Part shown: piece after piece, positions 1 to 23,364 of the stretch
How positions within the stretch are numbered: position 1 is the stretch's first letter
How the letters are laid out: the number at the start of each line of letters is the position of its first letter
Source of the DNA: the human T2T-CHM13v2.0 reference genome, Homo sapiens
Length of the DNA: 64,000 bases
NCBI RefSeq assembly: GCF_009914755.1
Contig: NC_060935.1
Strand: one strand, 5' to 3'
Notes under the pieces: model-generated
What the model saw: the letters and a program-made list of their open reading frames with translations, nothing else
The model's database searches: none
What the model was told of the DNA's origin: nothing
Made by a program: the position numbers and the translations under genes

Positions 1-1088
<1,088 letters not shown>

Positions 1089-1089
1089 A

Positions 1090-2110
1090 AGCTTTTTCTC
1101 CTAATGGTGTCTTTTCATGAACGATATTTCTTAGTTTTAACCTAATTCAATTTATCAAATATTTTTGTATATTCTAAAATCATGATAATATTCTCTGTAA
1201 TACTGTAGAGGCCTTATAGATTACTAGTTTCCACATTATACCTACAGTTTACTTGGAATTTATTTTGTGCTTAATGTATGGTAGAGATCAAGCTATATCT
1301 ACATATTATTTATTGATATTTAATTAACTTAGCACCACTTATTGATCTTCAGTAAAATCTTCATCATAAATCAGGTATCTACATTCCTTGGGTCTATCTG
1401 GATCTTCTATTCTGTTCTTTGGTCTATTCATCTTCTCTTTTGACAATTCCACACTGTCTAAATTACTGTAACTTTATAAGAAGTTTTTCTGCTTTATAGA
1501 GTAAGAACTTTGTTCTTTTATAAAAGTATGATGCTACTCCTAGCTCTTTGTTTTTCCAAATAAATTTTTAAGTCAGTTTGTCAGTTTCCACATATACAAA
1601 AGTACCTACTGGCATCTTGATTAAAATGACACCAAATCTAGGAAAAATTTGGATAAGAACTGATATTTTTATAATATTCAGTTTTATAACATGCGTAATT
1701 GTATCTCTTTAACTTCTTTCAATAATGTTTTGTGATTTTCTTTTTTTTTTTTTCTGAGATAGAGTCTCCCTTTGTTGCCCAGGCTGGAGTGTAGTGGCAC
1801 GATCTTGGCTTACTGCAACCTCTGCCTCCTGGGTTCACGCGATTCTCCTGCCTCAGCCTCCCTGAGTAGCTTGGACTACAGGCACGTGCCACTATGCCCA
1901 GCTAATTTTTGTGTGTATTTTTAGTATAGACAAGGTTTCAGCATGTTGGCCAAGCTGGTCTGGAACTCTTGGCCTCAGGTGATCTGCCTGCCTCGGCCTC
2001 CCAAAGTGCTGGGATTATAGGTGTGAGCCACTGCACCCAGCCGTATGTGATTTTCTATGTAGAAGTCTTGTGCATCTTTTGCTAGATTTATTCTTAAGTA
2101 TTTATGGGTT
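1090..2110 (-). mobile_element. Old L1M (L1ME/L1MC-like) ORF2 fragment interrupted by an Alu
   Basis: Degenerate T-rich L1-like text (e.g. ccacactgtctaaattactgtaactttata, gctagatttattcttaagtat). Confidence 0.55.
1741..2042 (-). mobile_element. AluS, full length
   Basis: Dimeric Alu with poly-T start; TSD tgtgattttct at 1731-1741 and 2046-2056. Confidence 0.95.
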
Positions 2111-2189
2111 TAAATTTTTTTTAATTCTAAGAGAAACTATCCCATCTGAGGAGTTGTCCTAAAATACTGCTACTAGTAGTAATATTATA

Positions 2190-2405
2190 ATAACTAACAT
2201 TTATTGAGTGTTTACCATGTTCCAGGCACTGTGGTAGATGCTTTACACATACTAACTCACAACAAGCTTATTGTATGGGCACATTTATTATCTCTATTTT
2301 ACAGGTGAATAAATGGATGTTCAGAGAGAATACCATAGACACATGGTAGTGGCAGGACAATATTTCAGCCTTTGCAGTCTGATTCCACAACCTATAATTT
2401 TAACC
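2190..2405 (+). mobile_element. MIR SINE (similar MIR remnants at ~11830-12040, 12440-12590, 56030-56190, 61915-62080, 63640-63830)
   Basis: MIR-like motifs acatttattgag...ccaggcactg and attttacaggtga. Confidence 0.65.
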
Positions 2406-2980
2406 AGATGTGTCCTCTCTCTCTCTCTCTCTCTCTCTTTGAATCTGAACCCTAGTCATGGGCAATCCCAATCCACAGACTGACTATAACCTATGACATT
2501 GTTTGCTGTGATGCTGTGAAAATATGAGCTTGGATAATCAGATTTCCACTCTCACATCTTTGAATCAACAAATAGTAAGAAACAGAAGCATATTATTAGT
2601 GGGAGCTAAAGGAGAAAGTTTTCGATACAGAGAGAATCTGTCAAAACCATGCTAGGCCATGTGTAAAGTAAAGACAGAGAGATTAAAAAACTAGAAATAA
2701 GCCAAAGTCATGAGGCACACAAAGGGCACAATGAGAGTAGAAGAGGAGGAAGTCATCAGTAAAGAAACGGGCATATGAAGAAAATAGCTGACTTTTACTG
2801 ATGACAGAGTATTAAAGTGAGGATCAATAAACTCCTGTGCTGAGGTCTGAAGGACTGCCTTGGCTCCAGTTTCTGCTCCTGGGAAGCTTGGCTGTACTAC
2901 AGCTCCTGCTCTTCTCGTAGTCTGATTGACTCTTCCTGGGTTCCCAAAGCACATGAAGGCTTAGTATAAATGTGCTTTGT

Positions 2981-3214
2981 CAGTCATGATCCAGCTAATT
3001 AATTAAACGGGTTATGGAAGCACTGAGAAGCCAAAGTATAATTGACAAAATAGTGTTCTCCCCTCATAGATGATGAATGTCTTGTTAGCTATTTTGTGCA
3101 TTATCTAGAGGCACAAGATATGACCCACACCTTGGAAAACATAAACTGCTCTGTGGTGACTATGCAATGGAAAGCCCAGGAATGTAAGCATCAGGAGTTC
3201 CTATGAGGCTAGGT
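2981..3214 (-). pseudogene. GREB1-like pseudo-exon leading into the P-loop region
   Basis: Acceptor tttcctccccag|. IVTTEQFMFSKVW (3125-3163) vs MTSTEQSLYYRQW; FHNPFN*LAGS*L vs FHPRRLLLSGPPQ. Confidence 0.72.
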
Positions 3215-3280
3215 CTGGGGAGGAAATCAGATGTCATTTAATAATTATATTATAATTATTCATTCTACATCCCTTCTTAC

Positions 3281-3432
3281 CCCCACCTTGAAAAATTATT
3301 ATCATAAATTGTTTCAAACTGCTAGTGTTGCATGGACTGAAGGACCCAAATATGTATATTGGGAAAGTCATCTTCTATTGGTGGTCTCCTACAGTTGGAT
3401 ATAATTTTTTTCTAACCTGAAGGCCTGTCTTT
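3281..3432 (-). pseudogene. GREB1-like pseudo-exon
   Basis: Acceptor atgttttcag|, donor gtaaga. CRRPPI (3376-3393) vs CRQPPI. A 53-nt AG/GT-bounded mini-exon lies at 3549-3601. Confidence 0.72.
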
Positions 3433-3729
3433 CTGAAAACATGAGCCCCTCTGAGTTGGTTTGCTAAATTGGAAATATGTGGGAGTTGGCATTGGGTCAT
3501 TTTATCACCACATTAAGGACTAACAGTCTTAGAAGAACTGTTGCTTACAGTGTTTCATTTTTCTAAAGACGACAGTACTCTTTGTGGGTGTAATTAAGAA
3601 CCTAATAAATGCGTACATACATATATGTCTATAATGTCCCAGAGGAAATGAACCTCTGGCTGTAAGTAGGAATGTTTTATTTTATTTATTTACACATTAA
3701 CCAAAATTTTGTAAACATCTACTACGTGC

Positions 3730-4548
3730 CAGCCACTGAGAAGATTGGAGCGGTCAAGACTGTCTTCGTCCATTTCATTTTGCTGTAACACAATACCACA
3801 GCCTGAGTAATTTATAAAGAAAAGACACATATTTGGCCCACAGTTCTGGAGGTTGGGAAGTCCAAGAGCATCTGCTTGACATCTGACAAGGACCTTCTTG
3901 CTTCTTCAAAACATGGCAGAAGGCATCACATGGTGAGAAGGCAAGAGCAAGAGAGCCAGAGGAAGCTCACTTTTATTATAAAGCCATTCCTGTGATGATG
4001 AACCCACTCTGGTGATAGTACCATTAATCCATTCATGAGAGAACTCTCATTATTCATGAGAGCAGAGGGATTAACTTTCCAACACATAACCTTGTAGGGG
4101 ACACACTTAAACTGTAACAAGACCAATACAGTTTTTTCCTTCACGCTGTATATAGGAATTCAGGTCCTAATAATACAGCTATAATTGCAGTGGAAGAGAC
4201 TCTTCCACATCCCACTGTGAGGACATGAAGCTCAGTATCAGTTTTAGGGTTTTTACCAAACACAGCCAAAGACAAACAGGAAACATGTTCAGTGGATGAG
4301 GATAAGTTGCCTGGAATATATAGTCCATAACAAGTTCTATTTGGGCTGTCTCATAGTATCTATCCTTATTCAACACGTTTAACAGATCCCTTTGCAGGAA
4401 ATACAGACAGGGGCCAAGTAATTTTTGAGGATGGTCTTCATTGGTAAATTGTATGATAAATTATATGATTTTTAGGTTTTATATTTTCAGAGAGAACTTA
4501 ATTTGTACTTTGGTTGATTCTCTGTGATTAAGGCATTTACATGGAGAA
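3730..4548 (-). pseudogene. GREB1-like pseudo-exon split by a MaLR LTR
   Basis: Acceptor atttgttcag|. LHVNALITEN vs LHVTSFPYALQTQ. 93 open codons (4460-4182) ending EESLPLQL*LYY*DL vs GESLPRSLRYCDL. The frame continues CIGL|DRSNL across the LTR (cf. CLVRTAL). Confidence 0.62.
3761..4118 (-). mobile_element. MaLR solo LTR (MSTC/MSTD/MLT1A type)
   Basis: Typical tgtctt.gtccattt...aatttataaagaaaag...ggggacac text; TSD aagac at 3756-3760 and 4119-4123. Confidence 0.85.
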
Positions 4549-7500
4549 CTGAACAAATGATGACATTATAGCCCATAATTTTTTTCTTTCCAACTTTTAT
4601 TTTAGGTTCAGGGAGTATATGTGCAGGTTTGTTACATGGGTAAATTGCACATTACAGGGGCTTGGTATACATATTATTTCATCACCCAGTTAATGAGCAT
4701 AGTAGCTGAGAGGTAGTTTTTTTATTTTCACCCTCCTCCTACCCTCCAACCTCAAGCAGGCCCTGGTTTCTATTGTTTCCTTCTTTGCATCTATATGTAC
4801 TCAGTGTTTAGCTCCCACTTATAAGTGAGAACATGCAATGTTTGACTTTCTGTTCCTGCATTAATTTGCTTAGGATAATGGCCTCCAGCTATATCTATGT
4901 TCCTGAAAAGGACATAATTTCATTCTTTTTTATGACTGTGTAGTATTCCATAATATATATATACTACATTTTAAAAATACAATCCACTATTGATGGGCAC
5001 CTAGGTTGTTTCCATGTTTTGCTATTGTGAATAGCATTGCAATAAACATATGAGTGAAGGTGTCTTTTTGGTAGAACAATTTATTTTCCTCGGGTATATA
5101 TCCAGTAATGAGATTGCTGGGACATGTGGTTGTTCTATTTTTAGTTCTTTGAGAAATATCCAAACTACTTTCCACAATGGCTGAACTAATTTACATTCCC
5201 AGCAGCAGTGTATAAAAATTCCCTTTTCTCTGTACCCTCATCAACATCTGTTTTTTGTTTTTTTTTTTTTTGCTTTTTTTCCTTGACTTTTTAGTAATAG
5301 CCATTCTGACTAATGTGAGATAGACTCTCATTGTGGTTTTGATTTGCATTTCTCTTATGATTAGTGATGTAGAGCATTTTTTATAAGCTTGTTTTATAGG
5401 CTTGCTGGATGTGCATATGTCTTCTTTTGAGAAGTGTCTGTTCATGTCCTTTGCCCATTTTTTAGTAGGGTTGCTTGTTTTTTGCTTGTTAATTTGTTTA
5501 AGTTCCTTATAGATTCTGGATATTAGACCTTTGTCAGATGCATATTTGGCAAATATTTTATCTGATTCTATAGGTTGTCTGTTTACTCTGTTGATAGTTT
5601 CTTTTGCTGTGCAGAAGCTCTTTATTTAACTAAGTCCCATTTGTCAACCTTTGTTTTTGTTGCAATTGTTTTGGAGTCTTCATCATGAAATCTTTGCCAG
5701 GTCTTATGTCCAGAATGATCTTTTCAAGGTTTTCTTCCTGAGCTTTTATAGTTTTAGGTTTTACATTTAAGTCTTTAATCAATCCTGAGTTAATTTTTGT
5801 ATATGGTGAAAGGAAGGAGGCCAGTTTCAATCTTCTGCATATGCCTAGTCAGCTATCCCAGGACCATTTATTGAATAGACAATCCTTTCTCTATTACTTG
5901 TTTTTACTGACTTTGTCAGAGATCAGATGGTTGTAGGTGTGCAGCTTTATTTCTGGGTTCTCTAATTTGTTTCATTGTTCTATGTGTTTTTGTACCAGTA
6001 CCATCCTGTTTTGGTTACTGTAGCCTTGTAGTATAAGTCTGGTCAGGTAGTGTTATGCTCCCAGCTTTGCTCTTTTTGCTCAGGATTGCTTCGGCTATTC
6101 AAGCTCTTTTTTTAGTTCTACATGAATTTTAGAATAGTTTTTTCCTAATTCTATGAAAAATGTCTGGCAGTTTAATAGAAATAGCATTGAATTTGTACAT
6201 TGCCTTTGGCGGTATGCCATTTTAACAATATTGATTCTTCTAATTCATGAGCCTGGAATGTTTTTCCATTTGTTTGTGCAGTCTGTGATTTCTTTCTGCA
6301 GTGTTTTGTAATTCTTTGTGCAGAGATATTTCACCTCCCTAGTTAATTGTATTCTGAGGTATTTTATTTTTCTGTGTGTGGCTACTGTGAATGGGATTGC
6401 ATTCCTGATTTGGCTCTAAGCTTAGAAGTTATTGGTGTATAGAAATTTTATATTAATATTTGTAATTGATTTTGTATTCTGAAATTTTGCCGAAGTTGTT
6501 TATCAGTTCTAGGAGCCTTTGGGCAGAGACTATGGAGTTTTCTATGTATGGGATCATATTGTTTGTGAAGAGAGATAGTTTGACTTCCTTTCTTCCTATT
6601 TGGATGCCTTTTATCTCTTTCTCTTGCCTGATTGCTCTGGCTAGGATTTCCAGTATTATGTTGAATAGAAGTGAGAGTGGACATCCTTATCTTTCTCAAG
6701 TTCTCAAGAGGAATGCTTCCAGCTTTCACCTGTTCAGTATGATGTTGGCTGTGGGTTTGTCATAAATGGCTCTTATTATTTTGTGATATGTTCCTTCAAT
6801 GCCTAGTTTGTTGAAGGGTTTTAACATGAAGGGATGTTAAATTTTATTGTAAGCCTTTTCTGCATCTATTGGATAATCATGTAATTTTTGCTTTTTGTTC
6901 TGTTTAAACAATGAATCACATTTATTAATTTGCATATGCTAAACCAACTTCGTATCCCAGTGATAAAGCCTACTTGATCATGGTGGATTAGCTTTTTGAT
7001 GCGCTGCTGAAATCAGTTTGCTTGTATTTTGTTGAGCATTTTTACATCTATGTTCATCAGGGATATTAGCCTGAAGTTTTCTTTTTTCATTGTGTCTCTG
7101 CCAGGTTTTGATATCACAGTGATGCTGGTGTTATAGAATGAGTTAAGGAGTCTCTCCTCCTCAATTTTTTGGAATAGTTTCAGTAGGATTGGTACCAGCT
7201 CTTCTTTATATGTCTGGTAGAATTTGGCTGTGAATCAGTCTGGTCAGGACTTTTTCTGGTTGGTAGATTTTTCATTATTTATTCAATTTTGAACCTTGTT
7301 ATTGGTTTATTCAGGGTTTCAGTTTCTTCCTGATTCAATATTGGGAGACTATATACTTCCAGAAATTTGTCCACTTTTCTAGATTTTCTAGTTTGTGTGT
7401 ATAGAGGTGTTTAAAATAGCCTCTGAAGGTTTTATGTGTTTCTGTAGGGTTTGTGGTAATGTCCCCTTTCTCATTTCCAATTGGGTTTATTTAGATCATC

Positions 7501-8414
7501 TTTTTCTCTTTATTAGTCTAGCTATGGATCTATCAATCTTATTTATTCTTTCAAACAACCAAATTTTTGTTTCATTGGTCTTTTGTATGGTTTTTCATGT
7601 CTCAATTTCATTCAGTTCAGCTCTGATTTTGGTTATTTATTTTCTTATGCTAGTTTTGAGGTTAGTTTGCTCTTGATTTTCTAGTTCCTCTAGATGTGAT
7701 GTTAGGTTGTTAATTTAATATCTTTCCAACTTTTTGATTTGGGTATTTAGTGCTATAAAATTTCCTCTTAACACTGTGTTAGCTGTGCCCCAGAGATTCT
7801 GGCATGTTGTATCTTTGTTTTCATTACTTTCAAGGAATTTCTTCATTTCTGCCTTAATTTCATTATTTACCCAAAAGTCATTCAGGAGCATGTTGTTTAA
7901 TATCCATGTAATTGTATGGTTTTGCAAGATCTTAGTATTGATTTCTATTTTTATTGTGCTTGATTTGAGAATGTGGTTGCTATGATTTGGGGTTTTTTGA
8001 ATTTGTTGAGAATTGCTTTACAGCTGAGTATGTGGTGGATTTTAGAGTGTCTGTCATTTGCAAATGAAAAGAGTGTATATTCTGTTATTGTTGGGTGGAG
8101 TGTTCTATAGATATCTGTTAGGTCCATTTGATCAAGTGTTGAATTAGGTCCTGAATATTTTTGTTTTTTTTCTGCCTCAATGATCTGTCTAATACTGCCA
8201 GTGGGGGTGTTAATGTCTATCATTTTTATTGTGTGCTTATCTAAGTCTCTTCTCAGGTCTCTAAGAACTTGTTTTATGAATCGGGGTGCTCTAGTGTTGA
8301 GTGCATATATATTTAGGATAGTTAAGTCTTCTCGTTGAATTGAACCCTTTATTGTTATGTAGTATCCTTCTTTGTTCTTTTTGATCTTTGTTGGTTTAAA
8401 GCCTATTTTGTCCA

Positions 8415-8501
8415 GTCTACAGACATACCACCCTGAATACTCCCTATCTTGTCTGATCTTGGAAGCTAAGCAGGGTTGGGCCTGTTACTACTTGGATGGG
8501 A
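8415..8501 (+). pseudogene. 5S rRNA retropseudogene, 3'-truncated and without poly(A), inside L1
   Basis: gtctacagacataccaccctgaa...ggaagctaagcagggttgggcctg...cttggatggga matches about nt 1-88 of 5S rRNA; TSD ctattttgtc at 8403-8412 and 8508-8517. Confidence 0.93.
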
Positions 8502-9759
8502 CAAACTCTATTTTGTCTGCAATTAGAATATTAACTCTTGGCCTTTTTTTATTTTCCCTTTGCTTGGTAGATCTTTCTCCATCCCTTCACTTTCAGCCTA
8601 TGGGTGTCACTGCATGTGAAATGGGTCTCTTTAAGATACCATACAGTTGGGTCTTGCTTCTTTATCCAACTTGCCACTCTGGGACTTTTAAGTGGAGCGT
8701 TTAGCCCATTTACATTCAAGGTTAATATCAACATCTGTAAATTCATCCTGTCATTGTGTTGTTAGCTGGTTGTTATGTAGACTTGATTGTATAGGTACTT
8801 TATAGTGTCAATGGTCTATGTACCTAAGTGTGTTTTTGTTGAGGCTGGTAACAGTTTTTCATTTCTATACTTAGCACTTCCTTAAGAACCTCTTACAAGG
8901 CATGTCTGGTGGTAATAAATTCCTTTAGCATTTGCTTGTCTGAAATGGATTTTATTTCTCCTTTGCTTGTGAACTTTGTTTGGCTAGATATGAAATTCTC
9001 AGTTGGAATTTCTTTTCTTTAAGAATGTTGAATGTACACGCCCAATCTCTTCTGGCTTGTAGAGTTTCTGCTGAAAGGTCCACTGTTAGTCTGATGGGGT
9101 TCCTTTTGTAGGTGACCTGCCCCTTCTCTCTAGTTGCCTTTAATATGCTCTCCTTCACATTGACTTTAGAGAATCTGGTGAGTAGGTCTCTTGGGGATGG
9201 TCATCTTGTATAGTATGCCACTGGGGTTCTCTGAATTTCCTGAATTTGAATATGACCTCACTAGCAAGGTTGGAGAAATTTTTGTGGAGAGTATCTCCAA
9301 ATATGTTTTCCAAGTTGCTTGCTCTCCCTCTCTTTCAGGGACACCAATGAGTTGTAAATTTGGTCTTTTCATCTAATCCCATATCTCTCAGAGGTTTCAT
9401 CCATTCTTTTTCATTCTTTTTAAATTATTTTTGTCTGACTGAGTTGATTCAAAGAACTAGTCTTTGTGCTCTGCTATTCTTTCCTCAATTTGGTCTTTTC
9501 TCCTATTAATACTTTCAATTATATTATGAAATTCCTGTAGTGAGTTTTCCAGCTCTATCAAATCAGTTTGGCAGTTTGGTTCTTTCTTAAAATGGCTATT
9601 TCATCTTTCATCTCTTGTATCATTTTACTGTATTCCTTACATTCCTTGGATTGGAAAGTTTCAATTTTCTCCTAAATCTTGATAATCTTCATTTCCATCC
9701 AGATTCTGAATTCTAAGTCTGTCATTTCACACATTTCGGCCTGATTAAGAACCATTGCT

Positions 9760-10079
<320 letters not shown>

Positions 10080-12056
10080 TCAATCATTTGGAGATTTGGA
10101 GGTAGGAATACACTCTTGGTTTTTGAGCTGCCAGTTCTTGCACTGCTTTTTCTCATCTGTGTGGGCTGATGTTCTTTTAATCTTTGAAGTTGCTGTCCTT
10201 TGGGGAGGGGTTTTTGCTTTAATATTCTTTGATGCTCTCGAGGGTTTGCCTATGGTGTAATTTGGGTTCAGTTGACTGGCTTCATTTCTGAATGATTTCA
10301 GGGTGCCTAACCTCATCTCAGCACTCCTGGGCTATGTGTTCCAACCACAGGGGCCTGGGATCAGGCCACAGCTTTGTTCTCTGGCCCCCAAGGTTAAGCA
10401 CCTGCTGTGCTAGAGAGGTCAAGATGTTTCCAGTCTGCTGGCAACAACACTCTGATGGTGGGTGCCAGATAAAGTGCTTCATCAGGACAGTGGCAACGAG
10501 GTCTATGTTCATGTGCTGGCAGCAGCTTGGCAGTGGCATGGCAGGGTCTGCATGCACATGTGCCAATGGTGGCAGTGCAGCAGGGTCCATGTGCACCAGT
10601 AGCAACAGGGTGGCAACACAATGAGGTCCACACATGTGTCAGCAGCAGCAGGGCAGTGAAGTCCATACACATAACACATAAACACACATGGAAACCAATA
10701 GGGGTAGGCTGTGGCCAGGTACGTGCAGGCACAGTGGTAGGGGGAAGCTGCTGGTGGGTGCACATTGGCAGGGACCCATCTGCTGAAGTTCTTCAATGTT
10801 ATACAGGGTTTGCTGTTGAAGGAGCTGTGGTGGCAGCCACAAGGAAGTACCCTGGTTGGGCCTCCAAGGCTGAGCTGCAAGCAGGCATGGCTGTGGAGGA
10901 ACCCCAGGAGAGACTGGTAGACAGGACAATGCTCAGATCAGACTGGCCCCATCCCATGGACAAGATAGCCCTGTTCTGACCAGGTCTAACAGTCAACAAA
11001 GGCCAAAGCCATCTAAATAAGCATGGTGAACCGTGGGGAATGGGTGTCCCTGGCCATCCTTCACTTCAGCTGTTTCCACACCAAACCCTCTAGGCCCCAC
11101 ACAGGCTGGAGTCCTGTCCCTGCCACTTCTTCAAGCAGCTCTCCCTTCCAGCTCAAATGTCTGTGGGGGGTCATGGGGTCTCCTGCAGTTAGGATTCTGG
11201 AGGTTTGGGGTAAGAGTGGGCCACTCTTTGCCTATTTAATTCACACCTTTTTCAGGAGCCAGTAGGGGCCAGGAACAAGTCCTGGTGCTCGGCAGCTCCA
11301 TACAGGGTTCCCAGCTTCCTACCCCTTCATCCTAGGGTCTGCATCCACTCTCAAAGCCTTCCTTCTGAAGATCTGTTCAGATCGTGCCAGTCTTCTTCGT
11401 GGTCTGGTCTGTCAGCTGGAGACACTTCCTGGCTGCATCTAGTTAGCCATCTTGGCTCAACTTGCCCATAATTTTAAAATAATTAAATGTATGTCTTAGA
11501 TTTAAGTAAGTGGAATTTTTTTCTTTTTCTCACTCTTGCCTCTGGAATCAGAAAGTGCAAACCCTTCTTTAATGGTGTTAATTTTAAATGTAATGATACT
11601 TTAACCTTGAAGAAGAAAGGGGCCTTAAAAAGGGAGAAAACAATCTCATGGTCTTTTGCTTATTAACATACAGTGCAGCGAGATACATATGTTTTATATA
11701 TATATATATATATATATTTCTCACATTTAGTTTCTATATGAGATATATAACATAGTAATGTCTTTAAGAAAATATACTGATGTATTATATGCTTTAATAT
11801 ATTAAAATAAAGACACTAATATATTAATAAAGAGCTAACATTTATTGAGGGCTTAATATGTGCTAGATGCTGTTCTAAGAAACATTTGTTTCCTTCTTTC
11901 ACTGCCTAACAGTTCTAAATATTGGGCACTTTTCTTAAGCCATTTTACTGAGGCAAGGAGAAGTTAAGTAATTTTTCCAAACCTACATATTTTTTAAGGT
12001 GTGGAACTCACCTTTGAATCAACGCAATCTCACCCAAGAATCCCCATCTTATTTAC

Positions 12057-12256
12057 ACTCTGCTACTGCATCACTTGAACACATAATTCTCAAAAACACG
12101 TTTTGGGTATATGAGAGAGACTGATATATTTCAGTTCTGTCAATGAACCTGTGAGATAGGAATGGCTGTATTGATAGAAATGATTCAGCTGGTGATTGCA
12201 TAGCAGTTTTTCTGCCATGATCTGCAAAACATGGGCATAATCCTTGGCAGATTACT
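12057..12256 (-). pseudogene. GREB1-like pseudo-exon
   Basis: Acceptor attttgcctattag|, donor agt|gtaaat. LQIMAEKLL..GSLTELKYI..CF*ELCVQV vs FQLAVAQKLL..GSFEKVDFL..TYQQTLLHV. Confidence 0.65.
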
Positions 12257-12784
12257 CTAATAGGCAAAATATAAAGAATAAAGCTGTACAGGTTTAAAAT
12301 TAGTTTCTCTGGGACAAATCTGTCCCAAGTCTTTTGGCAGCTCTTCTCCTGAGGATTTTATGTTATTGAGTTGATCTCTTTCACACTTTTCTCTTTTGAA
12401 TTGTTTTGATCTTGTTAGTACTTTTCAGTTTATAATGCTTTTCTCAGCAACCCAGTGAGGTAGGCAAGGCAAGTATCCTTATTCTTATTTTACAAATCAG
12501 TTAAGTGTTTTGCCTAGGTCACACAACTAGAAAGTGGCAGAGTCAAACTTAGCCTATGTTATTGACTCCAGATCCTGTGCTTTTGCCCATTGTGTCATAA
12601 TTAGCATTCTAAAACACCACTGCCACCTCTCTTTTTTGCAATTACCCTTTTTGCTTTTTAATTTGTTCTCCTCGCCCCCTACCCATAGGTTATTATACTA
12701 AATAATTATATGCAGCAACAACAGCCCTTCCATACATAGCATCTGTGTCTATATTATTAGAAACCTTGATGACCCAATTCAAGG

Positions 12785-13081
<297 letters not shown>

Positions 13082-13199
13082 CAATTCAAGGATTTTTGCA
13101 AGAGTATTCCTCCCTGATAATTTTTCAAGTTTTAGATGTTTGGAAAAACTTTTCTAATGAATTTTCAGTATAACTAAATAATTAATTCAAGTGTTTTTT

Positions 13200-19770
<6,571 letters not shown>

Positions 19771-20642
19771 ATATGTTCACCATTGAAATCTTGGTTTTTG
19801 AATCTAATTTTTCTGGTTTTATTATCATCATCCCTCCATGTAAAATATATTTTAGATAAGGCTAAAATTGTCTTCGATTACCATCAATAATCTGGATCCT
19901 TCCCCTTTCACCATAAGTAACTACTGATATTACTTAAATTTTTGACCTCCTAGACTTCTTTCTCTGCATTTATATACATTCATCCATACATTTCCATGGG
20001 GAATAAATAATTTTGTAGGTTAGTTTAAATTTTATATAAATGAAGAATGTTCTGAAACATGCTTTTTCTCATTCACTATTATATGTTAGGTATGTTTCCA
20101 TATTAACATTGTTTATTTTAAGATTACATAGTATTTTATGGTGTGGCTCTACCACAATTTATTTCCCCACACTCCTTAGTGTACTTCTTATTTTTGCATA
20201 CACAAACAATGCTACAATGAACATCTTTGCGTGTGCATCCTTGTTCACTTATGTTGATATTTCTTTTGAGCAAATATGGAGAAGTAGAATTGCTGAATCA
20301 CAGGGTGTATATGTTTTAAAGTTTTATTAGTTTACTGCCAAATTGCCTTCCAAAATGACTGCAATTTACTATTGGCAGTGTATGAGATCATCTTTTTCCC
20401 ACCCTTAGCTACACTTGATATTTTTAAACTCTTTCAGTTTTGCAAATCTACTACTATCTAATTGATAATTTGCATCTTCCTGTTTTCTAGTGAGATTCAG
20501 TCTCTTTTCATATCTTTCTGGGCTACTGAGTTGTCTTTATATCACCTACCCTTTTTCTAGACAGGCGATCTTTTTCACATTGTTATTGTCTTGTAACTGA
20601 AAAAAAGTTTTACAGGTTGATGAAGCAATTTATGACTTTTGA

Positions 20643-22440
<1,798 letters not shown>

Positions 22441-22444
22441 CTAT

Positions 22445-22925
22445 AGTGAGATGATCTAGGGAGGGAAGATATGTAGAGAAGGAGGCTGGGCATTGAGCCC
22501 TGGTGGACTCCAGCAAATGTTGAGGACGAATCAACAATGGAACCTTTGAAGGAGCAGACTATGAGGTAGAAGGAAAAAATCAAAAGCATGTAATGTCATG
22601 GAAGCCAAGTGAAGAAATATTTCAATGAAAAGTAAGTGGTCAACTGTGTCGAACACAGCTGAAAGATTAATAAAATGAAACTGAGGAATAACCATTGAAT
22701 TTGGAAACATGAACATTGATAACTTTGCCAAAGTTGTTGGAATAAAAGCCTGACTGAGTGGATTTTAAGGGAATTGAAGGATTGGAAATAAAATAGAATA
22801 GATGACTCTTTTGAGAAACGTTGCAATAAAGTGGGACTGAGGAAAAAGCAGCATTTGTAGGGAGAAGTGAGTTAAAGAAGCATTTTTTGTTGTTGTTAAG
22901 ATAGGACGCACTAAATGGCATGGCT
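22445..22925 (+). mobile_element. L2 fragment (other L2 remnants at ~52500-53250, 57190-57410, 61400-62400)
   Basis: L2-like text gtggtcaactgtgtc.aa.acagctga, gaccattgaatttggaaaca. Strand assignment uncertain. Confidence 0.65.
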
Positions 22926-23364
22926 CTGAGAATCTTCTATTTAGTTGACACAATATTATATCACTCCACAACCTCCCTAATACACTCTTTGGATGTCTTA
23001 AGCAAGATACTCAACCTGTTCGCTGAACTTTTTCCCATTTATGTGAATCAAACCCATGTACACCAAGTTGGGCTGAGAGTAGAGCAGGTCAAATCCAAAC
23101 CCCTGATTCTTCTCCTTCATGGTGAACTCATCAACAGATACTCTGGTTTCACTGACATCCTTCCCAGGGATTCTCAAAGTAGAATCACTTCTGGTCTTAA
23201 TGATGGAGATATCTTGCCTCAACTCAGGCCTATGGATCAGAATCTCTTTAAGACTACATGAGTTTGAAAACTGCTCCTTCTTACTCTTCCTCATTGCTGG
23301 TTCTCCTTGCTTCTTTTGTTCTGAACCTAGATTCCTTCCTAATACCTGCCTCTGGCACTTTTGA
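22925..23364 (-). pseudogene. GREB1-like pseudo-exon (includes ORF 22998..23294)
   Basis: SEQVEYLA*DIQRVY*GGCGVI*YCVN*IE aligns without gaps to SAQLPWLASLAASSCNDSVHVIECAYSLAE. No donor is visible and the exon abuts an L2. Confidence 0.65.

Noticed and set aside
10292-11265. Cluster of overlapping ORFs on both strands
   Set aside because: They lie in the GC-richer 5'UTR of the old L1.
12049-12267. 72-aa ORF MPIRVICQGL... from the ORF track
   Set aside because: The GREB1-like similarity is in a different, stop-containing frame; this open frame is probably incidental.
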